A stretch of 60,746 bases of DNA from Eubacteriales bacterium (GCA_045658525.1 JAZOVD010000041.1:1-60746), one strand, 5' to 3'. Counted from the stretch's first letter, positions 1 through 8,508 are shown. The notes: generated from the letters alone by a model not told the origin. Numbers and translations: made by a program.

Positions 1-246
1 GTTCATTCCTTTGAGGTACTGCTTCATTTCGCCGTAACCGGAAGCCTCGCATGCACGCTCGGTCATCGTGTTCTTGTAAACGTGATAATCGACGCCTGCC
101 TTGCGGAGAGCCGCACGGAGAGCTGTGTCGTCCTCAACCGTTATACCGGTGTAGTTGACGAGAACTCCTGCTGCCGCCTTCTTGATCTTCTCGGTAAGAG
201 CCTCTGTTGCTGCCTGCTTCTGAGCAAGTATCTTCGCGCTGGGCAT
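1..246 (-). CDS. rplJ: 50S ribosomal protein L10, first 82 codons (gene runs off the left edge)
   Basis: Reverse-complement translation from the ATG at 246-244 gives MPSAKILAQKQAATEALTEKIKKAAAGVLVNYTGITVEDDTALRAALRKAGVDYHVYKNTMTERA..., a typical L10 N-terminus. It is absent from the ORF track because it has no stop in the window. Confidence 0.9.
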   Translation of the reverse strand, partial: MPSAKILAQKQAATEALTEKIKKAAAGVLVNYTGITVEDDTALRAALRKAGVDYHVYKNTMTERACEASGYGEMKQYLKGMN

Positions 247-470
247 AGTTTTCACCTCCATATAGATTTGTCAAACAAGCCCGGGAAAACAAAAACTCCT
301 GACACAACCGAAATAGCCTTCGATCTGCCGGGAGAGAACTGTCTGTTTTTTCGGATCGGCACAACTCAAAAAAGCCGTTTTCGACCCAATTTTTCATATT
401 TGTTCTGTTACCTCGGCAGGAAAACCGCATCACGGTTTATTACGTGAACCTGCTGTCTTTGGACTCATGA
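247..470 (-). promoter_or_regulatory. Long 5-prime untranslated leader of rplJ; candidate L10(L12)4 autoregulatory leader
   Basis: About 225 nt lie between the predicted promoter (478-506) and the rplJ start, with no coding potential. Firmicute rplJ genes are known to carry an L10 leader RNA. The structure was not folded here. Confidence 0.4.
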
Positions 471-477
471 CCTTGTT

Positions 478-506
478 ATTCTAACATAAATAAATTGGTT
501 TGTCAA
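478..506 (-). promoter_or_regulatory. Sigma-A type promoter for rplJ
   Basis: The minus strand reads TTGACA (506-501), a 17-nt spacer, then TGtTAGAAT (extended -10; hexamer at 483-478). Confidence 0.55.
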
Positions 507-611
507 TACATTTTTGAAATATTTTTTTATTTTTGAAAATCGGCGCGTGAATAATCTGCCGATAAGCACGCAAACTATACGCGTATTCGTATAAATAGAA
601 AGGAAGAAATT

Positions 612-815
612 ATGATTAAAAAGAACGGAAAAAATAACGTTCCTTACACCGAAGAAGATATTTTTACGGAAGAAAATAACCCCGCTATGGCAAAGGCTAT
701 GAATATAGCCGAAAGCTTCCGCAGGGGAAGCTCGCATTTTGATCCGCTTGGAATGTGGACGGGCGTACCCGAGGACGGTAACGATCAGCCTACTCAGGAC
801 GCGGACGACCTTTAA
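612..815 (+). CDS. Small acidic hypothetical protein (67 aa)
   Basis: ORF with the RBS GAAAGGAAG 7 nt upstream of the ATG. C-terminus is ...DPLGMWTGVPEDGNDQPTQDADDL. No family recognised. Confidence 0.55.
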   Translation: MIKKNGKNNVPYTEEDIFTEENNPAMAKAMNIAESFRRGSSHFDPLGMWTGVPEDGNDQPTQDADDL

Positions 816-825
816 ATTTTCGTGT

Positions 826-960
826 CATCCTGAGTGGAGAGCCGCCGAGATTCCGCCGTGCGGCGATTTTGGCAAGCCAAAATTTCGACTACGGCTCAGA
901 ATGACAGGCGGCTCGGAATCGAACCCGTAGGGCGAGGCGCAGCCTCGGGAGCTTGTAAAA
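826..960. repeat. GC-rich hairpin module cluster (second intergenic repeat type)
   Basis: Imperfect inverted repeat GTCATCCTGAG (826-836) / CTCAGAATGAC (895-905) encloses the hairpin ATTTTGGCAAGCCAAAAT. Similar small hairpins occur at 14455-14525 and 22320-22430. Confidence 0.4.
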
Positions 961-970
961 AATCCGAACT

Positions 971-1255
971 CTATATAATAAAGCATATAAGCGAAAACAC
1001 GCATACGGATGCGCCGATACCGAAAAAGAACCATTTTATCTTTTCCTTTTTCGGCAGATGTGGTTTTTGTTCTGTTCCGAACGTTGGTATAGGGGCAAAA
1101 CGGTCCGCGATGAGTCTGTTTGCCTCGGATACCATGTCGTTTTCGCTTATACGTTTGCTTTTTACTCTGTCCGATACTATGAAATACGCTTCCTCGAACA
1201 GCTCGCTTTCCGTACTGCGTATCCATACTACGTTTTTCTGACAGCCCTTTATCAT
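971..1255 (-). CDS. Hypothetical protein with a C-terminal transmembrane anchor (94 aa)
   Basis: GGAGG RBS 8 nt upstream of the ATG at 1255. Hydrophobic C-terminus WFFFGIGASVCVFSLICFII. No family recognised. Confidence 0.65.
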   Translation of the reverse strand: MIKGCQKNVVWIRSTESELFEEAYFIVSDRVKSKRISENDMVSEANRLIADRFAPIPTFGTEQKPHLPKKEKIKWFFFGIGASVCVFSLICFII

Positions 1256-1425
1256 TTATCCGACCTCCGAAATAATAAATTCGGGGAGATTATGGGCGTT
1301 TTAAGTGGAAAATATTCGTCCAAAATCAAAAAAACAGTTGTATAAAAGATCTTTTTTCGGTCAAATATCATTTTGTGTTTATCCCGAGTGCCGTTACATA
1401 TTTTGAAAACGAGGTAAATAGCATA

Positions 1426-2052
1426 ATGGCAGGAAAAAAGGCAAACGGGATATTTTTGATCGCGGTGATAGCGGTGGCTTTATTTATGGCGGCGTTAAGC
1501 GGAATCAAGGGTTCGGTCTCGGAATATACGGAGATATACGATAAGACGCTTCGTCTGCATATACCGGCAAATTCAGACTCGGAGAGCGATCAGGCGGTAA
1601 AGCTCAAGGTGCGCGACGCGATCACCGGATTATTAAAAGAACCGCTTTCCGACTGTCAGAACAGAGACGAGGCGGTAGCGGTAGTTATGAGTATGAAAGA
1701 GGAGCTTGAAGCCGAGGCGAACAGGACGTTAGCCGAAAACGGCTCGGATTACGTCGCGAATATAAGCGTTACTGAGGAATATTATCCGCGCAGAGAGTAT
1801 GAGGGGATAGCGCTCCCCGCGGGAACTTATACCTCGGTCAAGGTAGAGCTTGGAGAGGCGAAAGGACAGAATTGGTGGTGCGTTCTTTTTCCGCAGGTGT
1901 GTACGGGAACGGCTTCAAACGTAGGAGAGACGCTTGCGGACGTTGGGTTTACGGCTAACCAGATAAAGCTACTCACCAAATACGAGGACGAGGGGTATGC
2001 AGTGAAGTTTAAGATATTAGAGGTGATGTCCTACTTTCTTGAAAGAAAGTAG
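1426..2052 (+). CDS. spoIIR: Stage II sporulation protein R
   Basis: Motifs LRLHIPANSDSESDQAVKLKVRDAI and NWWCVLFPQVC are SpoIIR hallmarks. Start chosen at MAGKKANG (GAGG RBS at 1411), with an N-terminal TM segment. Confidence 0.88.
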   Translation: MAGKKANGIFLIAVIAVALFMAALSGIKGSVSEYTEIYDKTLRLHIPANSDSESDQAVKLKVRDAITGLLKEPLSDCQNRDEAVAVVMSMKEELEAEANRTLAENGSDYVANISVTEEYYPRREYEGIALPAGTYTSVKVELGEAKGQNWWCVLFPQVCTGTASNVGETLADVGFTANQIKLLTKYEDEGYAVKFKILEVMSYFLERK

Positions 2053-2065
2053 CAAAGAACTTTTC
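2031..2065 (+). repeat. Partial copy of the intergenic hairpin repeat (palindrome module only)
   Basis: CTACTTTCTTGAAAGAAAGTAGCAAAGAACTTTTC overlaps the last 7 codons and the stop of spoIIR. Confidence 0.8.
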
Positions 2066-2088
2066 AGCATACTTTGTTGTGTACATCA

Positions 2089-2115
2089 AACGGGCGGATT
2101 TTATATCCGCCCGTT
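2089..2115. terminator. Bidirectional stem-loop between convergent spoIIR and the GH127-like gene
   Basis: AACGGGCGGAT-tttat-ATCCGCCCGTT forms an 11-bp stem. The flanks are only moderately T-rich. Confidence 0.55.
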
Positions 2116-2120
2116 ATTCG

Positions 2121-3965
2121 TTATTTTACCTTTATGATCGGCATCTCCGTCATACGCATACGCGTACAGCCGTAGGGGTAGAGGGTCATTTTGCGAGGCT
2201 CGTCGAGCGGTACACGGCTATTTGGCTCTTTGGCGCAAACAAACTCATATCCGTCCTCGCAGCCCCAGTCGATATGGCACATATCCGCGTACATAACGAC
2301 GGGCGGGTTCTTTGAGGAGAACGGAGTACCGTCTATATTTTTATTTTCTTTGACTAACTCTTTTGAGGTGAACGCGTAATTAAACTCCGATACGGTATTT
2401 GAATGGTAATCGCAGTATGGGAATTTACGTTCAACACCGTCCTTTTCGTATTCGACGATCTTTGATTCGTACTCGATCGGGAGAGAGAAGATAAGCGAGC
2501 CTGATCTTACTGCTTTCAGGGAATAGGGGCGAGAAATAAACTCGTTTTTCGCGTCAAAAGCAATAGTTATTTCGGTCGTTCCCGCTTTAAAGCCGCCGAA
2601 AACGAGCTGAGCGCGTTTTCTTATCGGCGAGCCGTTTACCGTGAGGTCACGCGCAAACGACGGGATACGAACGCGGAGCTTCATAGACGTATTCTTTTCA
2701 GCGCATACAGTGTATTTAAAGCTGTTTTCAAACGGATAATTTGAGGTAAGGGTCACTTTTACGCGATTTTTGCCGCGTTTTAACGTTACCTCCGACGGTA
2801 TCGGAGTGACCGATATGAGACCGTCGTCCGATTTCATAAACGCGGAGAGGGTGAGCTTGGGCCAACCCTGACCGAAGTTTGAGGTACAGCAGCCGAAATT
2901 CGGTTCGAGACCGAAGATGTGAGCGTCAGGGAAGTTTGTGCGGAAGAGCGATTTTCCCGGGAACGGCGTACCGTCCGTCTGGTTGCTTAACTGAACGTAC
3001 TGATGAGTCCACATATCGTCCGATATAGTGGCGGGGAGAGCGTTGAACGCGACGGTTTCGAGGCGTTCCGCCCATTTGGGGTCGCCTGTGTGGGCGTAGA
3101 GCCATTCAAACGAGTACATAAGCTCTACTACGGCACAAAGCTCAGTTCCCTGTATTGGGCTGAGTCCGGAAAGACATTCGTCACCGGTAAAGATGCCGGT
3201 GGGAGAGCCGTTATACTTCATCAAGAGCTGATAGTAATGCTCGGCGAGGTCTGTATATTCGCCGCCGATTATGTCGCGCGATACTGCCTCGGATTTGAGC
3301 ATCATCGCAAGGTTTACGACGTGGGTGTAATACGTCCATTTATTAAGGGGACGCTCCCAGGTTTTTTCTACGTCGGAGTAATTAATGCCCGTTTCTTTAA
3401 GATAAACGGCAAGCTCGTCTATCCATTTTTCGTCGGGATACCACTCTTTTAAGCGGTTGAGCGCGATAAATCCCTCGAACCAACGGTACTGTCCCCAGTT
3501 GAACGCGCGTATCTCGCCGCTTTTTAAGCTCTCGTGGAAGTTTTTCATTATGCGGAGTACGACCTTCGGGATACGTCTGTCGCGTGAGCATTCGTAATAA
3601 ACGACAAGCACCTTTGATATAAGATGGACTGCCCATATATCGTATTTGTCCTTAGGGGTCGTGCCGTTCGGGCATATCCAACCGTCCGGCTGCTGGAAAT
3701 CAAGTATCTTATCTATGTAACGCTTGGCACGTGACTTCATATCCTCGTTATCAAGAAGATATGCGAGCGGAATGAAACCGTCGAGCCAGTAGGGAACGCG
3801 TTCCCAGCCCTCGCGGTCGCCGCCTATCCATTTACTGTCGCGAACGTCGGGCCATACCTTGTCAAGGTTGCCGCAAAGGCCGTTTGCCTCTATTTCGAGC
3901 TGACGTTTCAGCCAACCGAGAGGCTTTATTTCATTTGACGTGAGGAATTGATATTTTGAGGACAT
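2121..3965 (-). CDS. Glycoside hydrolase family 127-like (beta-L-arabinofuranosidase / DUF1680-type) protein
   Basis: 614 aa. N-terminus LGWLKRQLEIEANGLCGNLDKVWPDVRDSKWIGGDREGWERVPYWLDGFIPLAYLL and the GCCTSN di-cysteine motif resemble GH127-type six-hairpin enzymes. Assigned from recall only. Confidence 0.6.
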   Translation of the reverse strand: MSSKYQFLTSNEIKPLGWLKRQLEIEANGLCGNLDKVWPDVRDSKWIGGDREGWERVPYWLDGFIPLAYLLDNEDMKSRAKRYIDKILDFQQPDGWICPNGTTPKDKYDIWAVHLISKVLVVYYECSRDRRIPKVVLRIMKNFHESLKSGEIRAFNWGQYRWFEGFIALNRLKEWYPDEKWIDELAVYLKETGINYSDVEKTWERPLNKWTYYTHVVNLAMMLKSEAVSRDIIGGEYTDLAEHYYQLLMKYNGSPTGIFTGDECLSGLSPIQGTELCAVVELMYSFEWLYAHTGDPKWAERLETVAFNALPATISDDMWTHQYVQLSNQTDGTPFPGKSLFRTNFPDAHIFGLEPNFGCCTSNFGQGWPKLTLSAFMKSDDGLISVTPIPSEVTLKRGKNRVKVTLTSNYPFENSFKYTVCAEKNTSMKLRVRIPSFARDLTVNGSPIRKRAQLVFGGFKAGTTEITIAFDAKNEFISRPYSLKAVRSGSLIFSLPIEYESKIVEYEKDGVERKFPYCDYHSNTVSEFNYAFTSKELVKENKNIDGTPFSSKNPPVVMYADMCHIDWGCEDGYEFVCAKEPNSRVPLDEPRKMTLYPYGCTRMRMTEMPIIKVK

Positions 3966-4079
3966 ACCGGTACTCCTTTTGAAATTTTAAATTGTGTTTT
4001 GTGAAAATTGTACGGGTCGTCGAAGGCGCCGACCCCTACGAGTTTTGATGAGATTTTAAGTTTCGGAAGATATTTCTGC

Positions 4080-4177
4080 CTTTTTGCGAAGCAAATAACA
4101 AATCCTTTTCTCGCACGCTACACAACAAGGTAGTGTGCGAGAAAAGTTTTTTGCCTACTTTTTTTCAAAAAAGTAGG
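4080..4177 (-). repeat. Intergenic hairpin repeat, inverted orientation
   Basis: Contains CTTTTTGCGAAGCAAATAACAAA, a 16-bp stem (4105-4120 / 4131-4146) and the palindrome CCTACTTTTTTTCAAAAAAGTAGG (4154-4177), which overlaps the ribF 3-prime end. Confidence 0.8.
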
Positions 4178-5082
4178 AAGTATTCCTCTGTAACTTTACA
4201 ATCCTCCTCGATCGCTTGACGGAGAGTGTCGAGAGACGGGAAGCGCTTTTCGGGTCTCAGATAACGGTAAAGCTCGACCGTGACGGTTTTTCCGTACAGA
4301 TCGAAGCGTTTGCCTATTATATGCGTCTCGCAGGTTACGTCGCTTGCATCAGCGTTTACAGTAGGGCGAAAGCCGATATTCGTTACCGACGGGTAACGGA
4401 TACCGTCAATTACCGAAGCCGAACAGTACACCCCGAAACGTGGAACTACCCGTCCGTGTTCGAGCGACTGGTTAACGGTAGGAAAATCCATAGTCCTGCC
4501 TATGTGCTTGCCCTCTGTTATCTTAGCGGTTATTGAGAACGGACGCGCAAGGAGCATACGCGCCTCCTCGACGCTTCCGTCCGCTATAAGCGAACGTATA
4601 TAGGTAGAGCTTACCTTTTCGTTTTCTTGCGTTAACAGCATTACGGGTTCGATTATCGCTACCTCCGCGCCAAGCTCTCCCGCAACGGCTTTTAACGTCT
4701 CGGCTGAGCCTTCTCTGTTATGCCCAAAGCGGAAATCGCGCCCGCAAACGAATTTTTTTACTCCGAGATCGTTAAAAAGCCGAGTAATAAACTCTCTCGG
4801 CGTAAGATCTTTTATCGCGTTGAAATCCTCGCAAACAGCGTACTGAACTCCAAGTTCGCCGCATATCATAAGACGCGCATCTACGCTTTCTATATACGAG
4901 CCCCCGAAAGGCTTTGAAAACGTCCAGACAGCGGATACGTATCCCCTTTTTTGGTCTTTAACGGTTTCCTCTATAAGCGCTCTGTGACCGAGATGAACGC
5001 CGTCAAAGCACCCAAGAGCGCAGGATACGGGCAAGCTTATTCTATTTACAGGAGAAATACCTTCGCTAAGCTTGTATATCAT
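4165..5082 (-). CDS. ribF: Bifunctional riboflavin kinase / FMN adenylyltransferase
   Basis: 305 aa. Motifs GCFDGVHLGHRALI, GRDFRFG and FPTVN. Confidence 0.9.
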   Translation of the reverse strand: MIYKLSEGISPVNRISLPVSCALGCFDGVHLGHRALIEETVKDQKRGYVSAVWTFSKPFGGSYIESVDARLMICGELGVQYAVCEDFNAIKDLTPREFITRLFNDLGVKKFVCGRDFRFGHNREGSAETLKAVAGELGAEVAIIEPVMLLTQENEKVSSTYIRSLIADGSVEEARMLLARPFSITAKITEGKHIGRTMDFPTVNQSLEHGRVVPRFGVYCSASVIDGIRYPSVTNIGFRPTVNADASDVTCETHIIGKRFDLYGKTVTVELYRYLRPEKRFPSLDTLRQAIEEDCKVTEEYFLLF

Positions 5083-5108
5083 TTTCGACGTTCCCTTTCT
5101 CTGTGATC

Positions 5109-5627
5109 TTAAACAGTTTCGTGTGATATTTCAAATTTTCCGTCCGATACGGTCAGAACACCGTAAGAATACGGCTTACCCATAGGCGGTTCGCCTATAC
5201 TTCCGGGATTGAAAACGGTTATTTTCTCTCCGTTTCCGTAGTCATATTCTTCGCAAAAAGCTCTGTGCGTATGCCCGAAAAGCGCAATACGCGCGCCGTC
5301 CTTTCTCGCGCTCGACACAAGTGAGGAGACTCCGATAACGGCGTCCTTTACCTTAAACGTGTGCCCGTGACAGAAAAAGACCCTCACTCCGTCGTAAACC
5401 GCGCTTTGCACAACAGGCGTGTTGAGCGTTTCGCGGTCAACCGCAAGATCGCAGTTACCCTTTACGCAGGAGACGGCGAGTAACGGATATTCCTTTAATA
5501 CCTCGCGGAAATTACGGAGTCCGTCACCGAGAAATATCACATATTCAGCTTCGGGGTGCGTTTCAAGCGCACCCCGAAGTGTTCCGCTTGCGTAATGCAG
5601 GTCGGAAAAAATAAGTATAGTGGTCAT
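5109..5627 (-). CDS. YfcE/MJ0936-family metallophosphoesterase
   Basis: 172 aa. Motifs ILIFSDLHY, GDG, GNCD and HGHTH. Confidence 0.8.
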   Translation of the reverse strand: MTTILIFSDLHYASGTLRGALETHPEAEYVIFLGDGLRNFREVLKEYPLLAVSCVKGNCDLAVDRETLNTPVVQSAVYDGVRVFFCHGHTFKVKDAVIGVSSLVSSARKDGARIALFGHTHRAFCEEYDYGNGEKITVFNPGSIGEPPMGKPYSYGVLTVSDGKFEISHETV

Positions 5628-7276
5628 CTTGTGGTCTGTGCCTCGACCAGACGCTTCCCGCAGTATATCTCGCGCAGACGGGGCTTTTCTATCTTACCCG
5701 TAGGGTTACGCGGAACGTCAGCGAAGATTATCTTCTTCGGACGCTTGTATCTCGGAAGCGTCATACAAAATTCGTTTATCTCGTCCTCTGTGCAGGCAAC
5801 TCCCGGTTTAAGCTCGATTATAGCCGCGGCTATCTCTCCGAGACGCTCGTCGGGAAGTCCGATGACGGCAACGTCCTTTATAGCGTCGTTGGTTCTGAGG
5901 AAGTCCTCTATCTGTACGGGGTAGAGGTTCTCTCCGCCCGTGATGATAACGTCCTTTTTGCGGTCAACGAGGTATATAAATCCGTCGCTGTCGCGTTTAG
6001 CCATATCGCCTGTGTAGAGCCATTCGCCTTTAAGTATCTCTGCTGTTGCCTCGGGGTTCTTATAGTAGCATTTCATAACGCCCGGACCCTTTACCGCAAG
6101 CTCGCCGACCTCCTCGGGGCCAACCTCTTTTCCGTCGCTGCCGACTATCTTGGTCTCCCAGAGATGTCCCGCAACGCCGATAGCACCGACCTTATGTGTG
6201 TTTTCAACGCCAAGGTGAACGCAGCCGGGGCCTATTGATTCGGAAAGACCGTAGTTGGTGTCGTAATCGTGATTCGGGAATACGCTGAGCCAACGCTTGA
6301 TAAGGCTCGGCGGAACGGGCTGAGCGCCGACGTGCATAAGTCTCCACTGTGAGAGCTGATAATCGGAAAGCTTTAAATTGCCGTTTTCAAGCTCATCGAG
6401 AATGTCCTGTACCCACGGCACGAGGAGCCAGACTATCGTTGCTTTCTCCTCGGAAACGGTGCGAAGCACCCATTCGGGCTTAACGCCGCGGAGAAGTACA
6501 GCGCGGCTTCCCGCAAGAAGTGAGCCGAACCAGTGCATTTTAGCACCCGTATGGTAAAGAGGCGGAATGCAGAGGAAAACGTCGTCTCTGGTCTGTGAGT
6601 GATGCTTCTGCTCTGTACGGCAGGAATTTATAAGCGCTTTGTGAGAATGAAGTATCGCTTTCGGGAATCCCGTAGTACCCGAAGAGAAGTATATAGCCGC
6701 GTCGTCGTCCTCGTCAAGCTCGACCGCAGGGGGAAGTGACGAGCAGTATGACGACATCTTGCGGCAGTTTTCCGCAAACTCCGGAATATCCTCTCCGACG
6801 TAGAAGAAGTATTTGACCTTCTTTTTGAGCTTATCAAGAACGGATCTTACGCGCTCGGTAAAATCCTGACCGAAAACGAGGACGTCAGCGTCGGCAAGGT
6901 CAACGCAATAAGCGATCTCGTCGGCTGTGTAACGGTAGTTCATAGGAACGGCGAGCGCACCCGCTTTGAGCGCACCGAAGTAAAGCGGAAGCCATTCAAG
7001 GCAGTTCATAAGCAGTATAGCGACCTTATCGCCTTTTTTAAGACCTCTCGAAAGGAGAAGATTGGCGAAGTTATTTGCTCTTACGTTGAACTCCTTCCAG
7101 GTTATCTCGCGGCGGTATTTCTCGCTTTTAGCGGTCTCGATGAGATTAAATTCTTTCCAGGTAACGTCGTCTCCCGGTCTGTTAGCGGGGTTGATCTCGA
7201 CGAGGCTGACCTCATCGGGGTAGAATTTGGCGTTACGCTCCAAAAGCTCTGTGATTACCATATTATGTATCTCCAA
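5624..7276 (-). CDS. AMP-dependent acyl-CoA synthetase/ligase
   Basis: 550 aa. AMP-binding motif YFSSGTTGFPKAIL, YHTGA and GDMAKRDSDGFIYLVDRKKD. There is a 4-nt overlap with the downstream phosphoesterase gene. Confidence 0.88.
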   Translation of the reverse strand: MEIHNMVITELLERNAKFYPDEVSLVEINPANRPGDDVTWKEFNLIETAKSEKYRREITWKEFNVRANNFANLLLSRGLKKGDKVAILLMNCLEWLPLYFGALKAGALAVPMNYRYTADEIAYCVDLADADVLVFGQDFTERVRSVLDKLKKKVKYFFYVGEDIPEFAENCRKMSSYCSSLPPAVELDEDDDAAIYFSSGTTGFPKAILHSHKALINSCRTEQKHHSQTRDDVFLCIPPLYHTGAKMHWFGSLLAGSRAVLLRGVKPEWVLRTVSEEKATIVWLLVPWVQDILDELENGNLKLSDYQLSQWRLMHVGAQPVPPSLIKRWLSVFPNHDYDTNYGLSESIGPGCVHLGVENTHKVGAIGVAGHLWETKIVGSDGKEVGPEEVGELAVKGPGVMKCYYKNPEATAEILKGEWLYTGDMAKRDSDGFIYLVDRKKDVIITGGENLYPVQIEDFLRTNDAIKDVAVIGLPDERLGEIAAAIIELKPGVACTEDEINEFCMTLPRYKRPKKIIFADVPRNPTGKIEKPRLREIYCGKRLVEAQTTR

Positions 7277-7329
7277 TCTGTCTTTTCCTGCCGATTTACG
7301 GCGGAAATTACATCTATTATTTTTAAAAT

Positions 7330-7358
7330 ATTATATCATTGCTTATTTGTTTTGTCAA
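7330..7358 (-). promoter_or_regulatory. Perfect-consensus sigma-A promoter for the acyl-CoA ligase / phosphoesterase / ribF unit
   Basis: The minus strand reads TTGACA (7358-7353), a 17-nt spacer, then TATAAT (7335-7330), about 55 nt upstream of the start at 7276. Confidence 0.7.
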
Positions 7359-7375
7359 TAATAACAGAAAAAATA

Positions 7376-7408
7376 AAATAAAAAAGCTCGCGAAAAGCGA
7401 GCTTTTTG
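7376..7408. terminator. Rho-independent terminator (bidirectional shape) downstream of the Q/N-rich ORF
   Basis: A-run, GCTCGC-gaaaa-GCGAGC, then a T-run, lying 7 nt from the stop at 7415. Confidence 0.75.
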
Positions 7409-7414
7409 AAGGAG

Positions 7415-7570
7415 TTAAGAGCGTTTATTGTTATTCTGGTTGTTATTCTGACTGTTGTTCTGATTGTTATTCTGCTGATTCTGATTATTGTTCTGCTGAT
7501 TTTTGCTGTTCTTCTGACTATTGTTTTGATTATTATTCTGCTGATTGCGGTTCTGGTTGTTCTGATCCAT
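7415..7570 (-). CDS. 51-aa Gln/Asn-rich low-complexity small protein
   Basis: MDQNNQNRNQQNNNQNNSQKNSKNQQNNNQNQQNNNQNNSQNNNQNNNKRS. The RBS GGAAAGGAG lies 8 nt upstream of the ATG at 7570-7568, and a terminator follows directly. The ORF-track entry (7415..7804) extends it upstream without support. Confidence 0.6.
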   Translation of the reverse strand: MDQNNQNRNQQNNNQNNSQKNSKNQQNNNQNQQNNNQNNSQNNNQNNNKRS

Positions 7571-7614
7571 TCGTATCAACTCCTTTCCCTTATTATTGTT
7601 TCCGAAAAAAACGC

Positions 7615-8004
7615 TTATATACAGTGCTTTTCGCGTTTTTTGAACGCTTTTTTGACTGTTCCGAGCAAAGCGAGCGCACCTGAGACGATCAGGAATATAC
7701 CGAACGCCGTCCTTACAAGGCGTGGAGCGGTTTTCGCTCCGAGGATACAGCCGAATATCGCTCCGAACGCACCCGCAGACGCGAAAACGCCCGCGATCTT
7801 CCATTTTATACGTCCTTTTTTTGCGTGGAACGGTAGCGAGCAGAGAGAGGCGATGATAAAGAAAACAAGGTTTATTCCCTGAGCCGTTTTTTGTTCTACT
7901 CCAAGCACCAACACAAGATATATAACGGCAAGTCCGCCTCCGCCTACTCCCATAGCCGCGAGCGCCGCGGCGGCAGTAGCCGCCAAAATGTTGTATATGA
8001 GCAT
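7615..8004 (-). CDS. Half-size TauE/SafE-family membrane protein (129 aa, about 4 TM)
   Basis: GVGGGG motif in the first TM. Own GGAG RBS. Lies downstream of a second half-size TauE gene. Confidence 0.75.
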   Translation of the reverse strand: MLIYNILAATAAAALAAMGVGGGGLAVIYLVLVLGVEQKTAQGINLVFFIIASLCSLPFHAKKGRIKWKIAGVFASAGAFGAIFGCILGAKTAPRLVRTAFGIFLIVSGALALLGTVKKAFKKREKHCI

Positions 8005-8052
8005 CGTTTCTCCGTTTTATACAGTCCCTGCGGCACAGCCCTTATGCCGTTT

Positions 8053-8508
8053 TCACAGCATACGAATACCCGCCCACACCGTAAGTGCCGCAAAGACTGT
8101 TTTTAATATAGCTGACGGCATTTTGTCAGTAAGAAACGCGCCGAGAATACCGCCGAGAACGGCGCATACAGGAAATTCAAGGTATGAAAATATATTAATA
8201 TCGCCGCGAGCGGCGTAGAAGATGACGGATATTACCGACATAGGAAGAATTGACGCGACCGCGGTCGAAAAGCAATCCTTGGGATCGCTTGGAACGAGAT
8301 CCGTTCTGTTTTCCGAGCTTTGGGGTGCGATCATTCTTTTCAAAAGGTTGTCGCTTCCCGAAAACATAAACGAGCTTATGAGCACGAGGATAACACCGCC
8401 GCCGCTTCCGAGAAATCCGTTTATAAAGCCTGCGACGATACCTGATACGCATAACAGGATAAGCTCCGTTTTTGACAGGAATAATTTTTTTGAAACTGTT
8501 TTTTGCAT
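8053..8508 (-). CDS. Half-size TauE/SafE-family membrane protein (151 aa)
   Basis: GFINGFLGSGGGVILVLI motif and multiple TM segments. Confidence 0.75.
   Translation of the reverse strand: MQKTVSKKLFLSKTELILLCVSGIVAGFINGFLGSGGGVILVLISSFMFSGSDNLLKRMIAPQSSENRTDLVPSDPKDCFSTAVASILPMSVISVIFYAARGDINIFSYLEFPVCAVLGGILGAFLTDKMPSAILKTVFAALTVWAGIRML

Noticed and set aside
1345-1425. Attempt to identify a sigma-F type promoter upstream of spoIIR.
   Set aside because: The only GG..A..TA-like match overlaps the RBS and start region, and no convincing -35 element was found. The support is too weak to report as a feature.
7339-7882. Two overlapping + strand ORFs (114 aa, Cys/Ser/Tyr-rich; 158 aa, Leu/Ile/Val-rich).
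   Set aside because: These are frame artefacts of the low-complexity Q/N-coding repeat and of the antisense TauE gene. They have no RBS. The minus-strand reading has an RBS plus a terminator.
7615-8508. Possibility that the two TauE ORFs are one frameshifted pseudogene.
   Set aside because: Each ORF begins with its own G-rich first-helix motif, and the downstream one has its own RBS and start. This fits a two-gene split form; see the finding on this region for how to test it.
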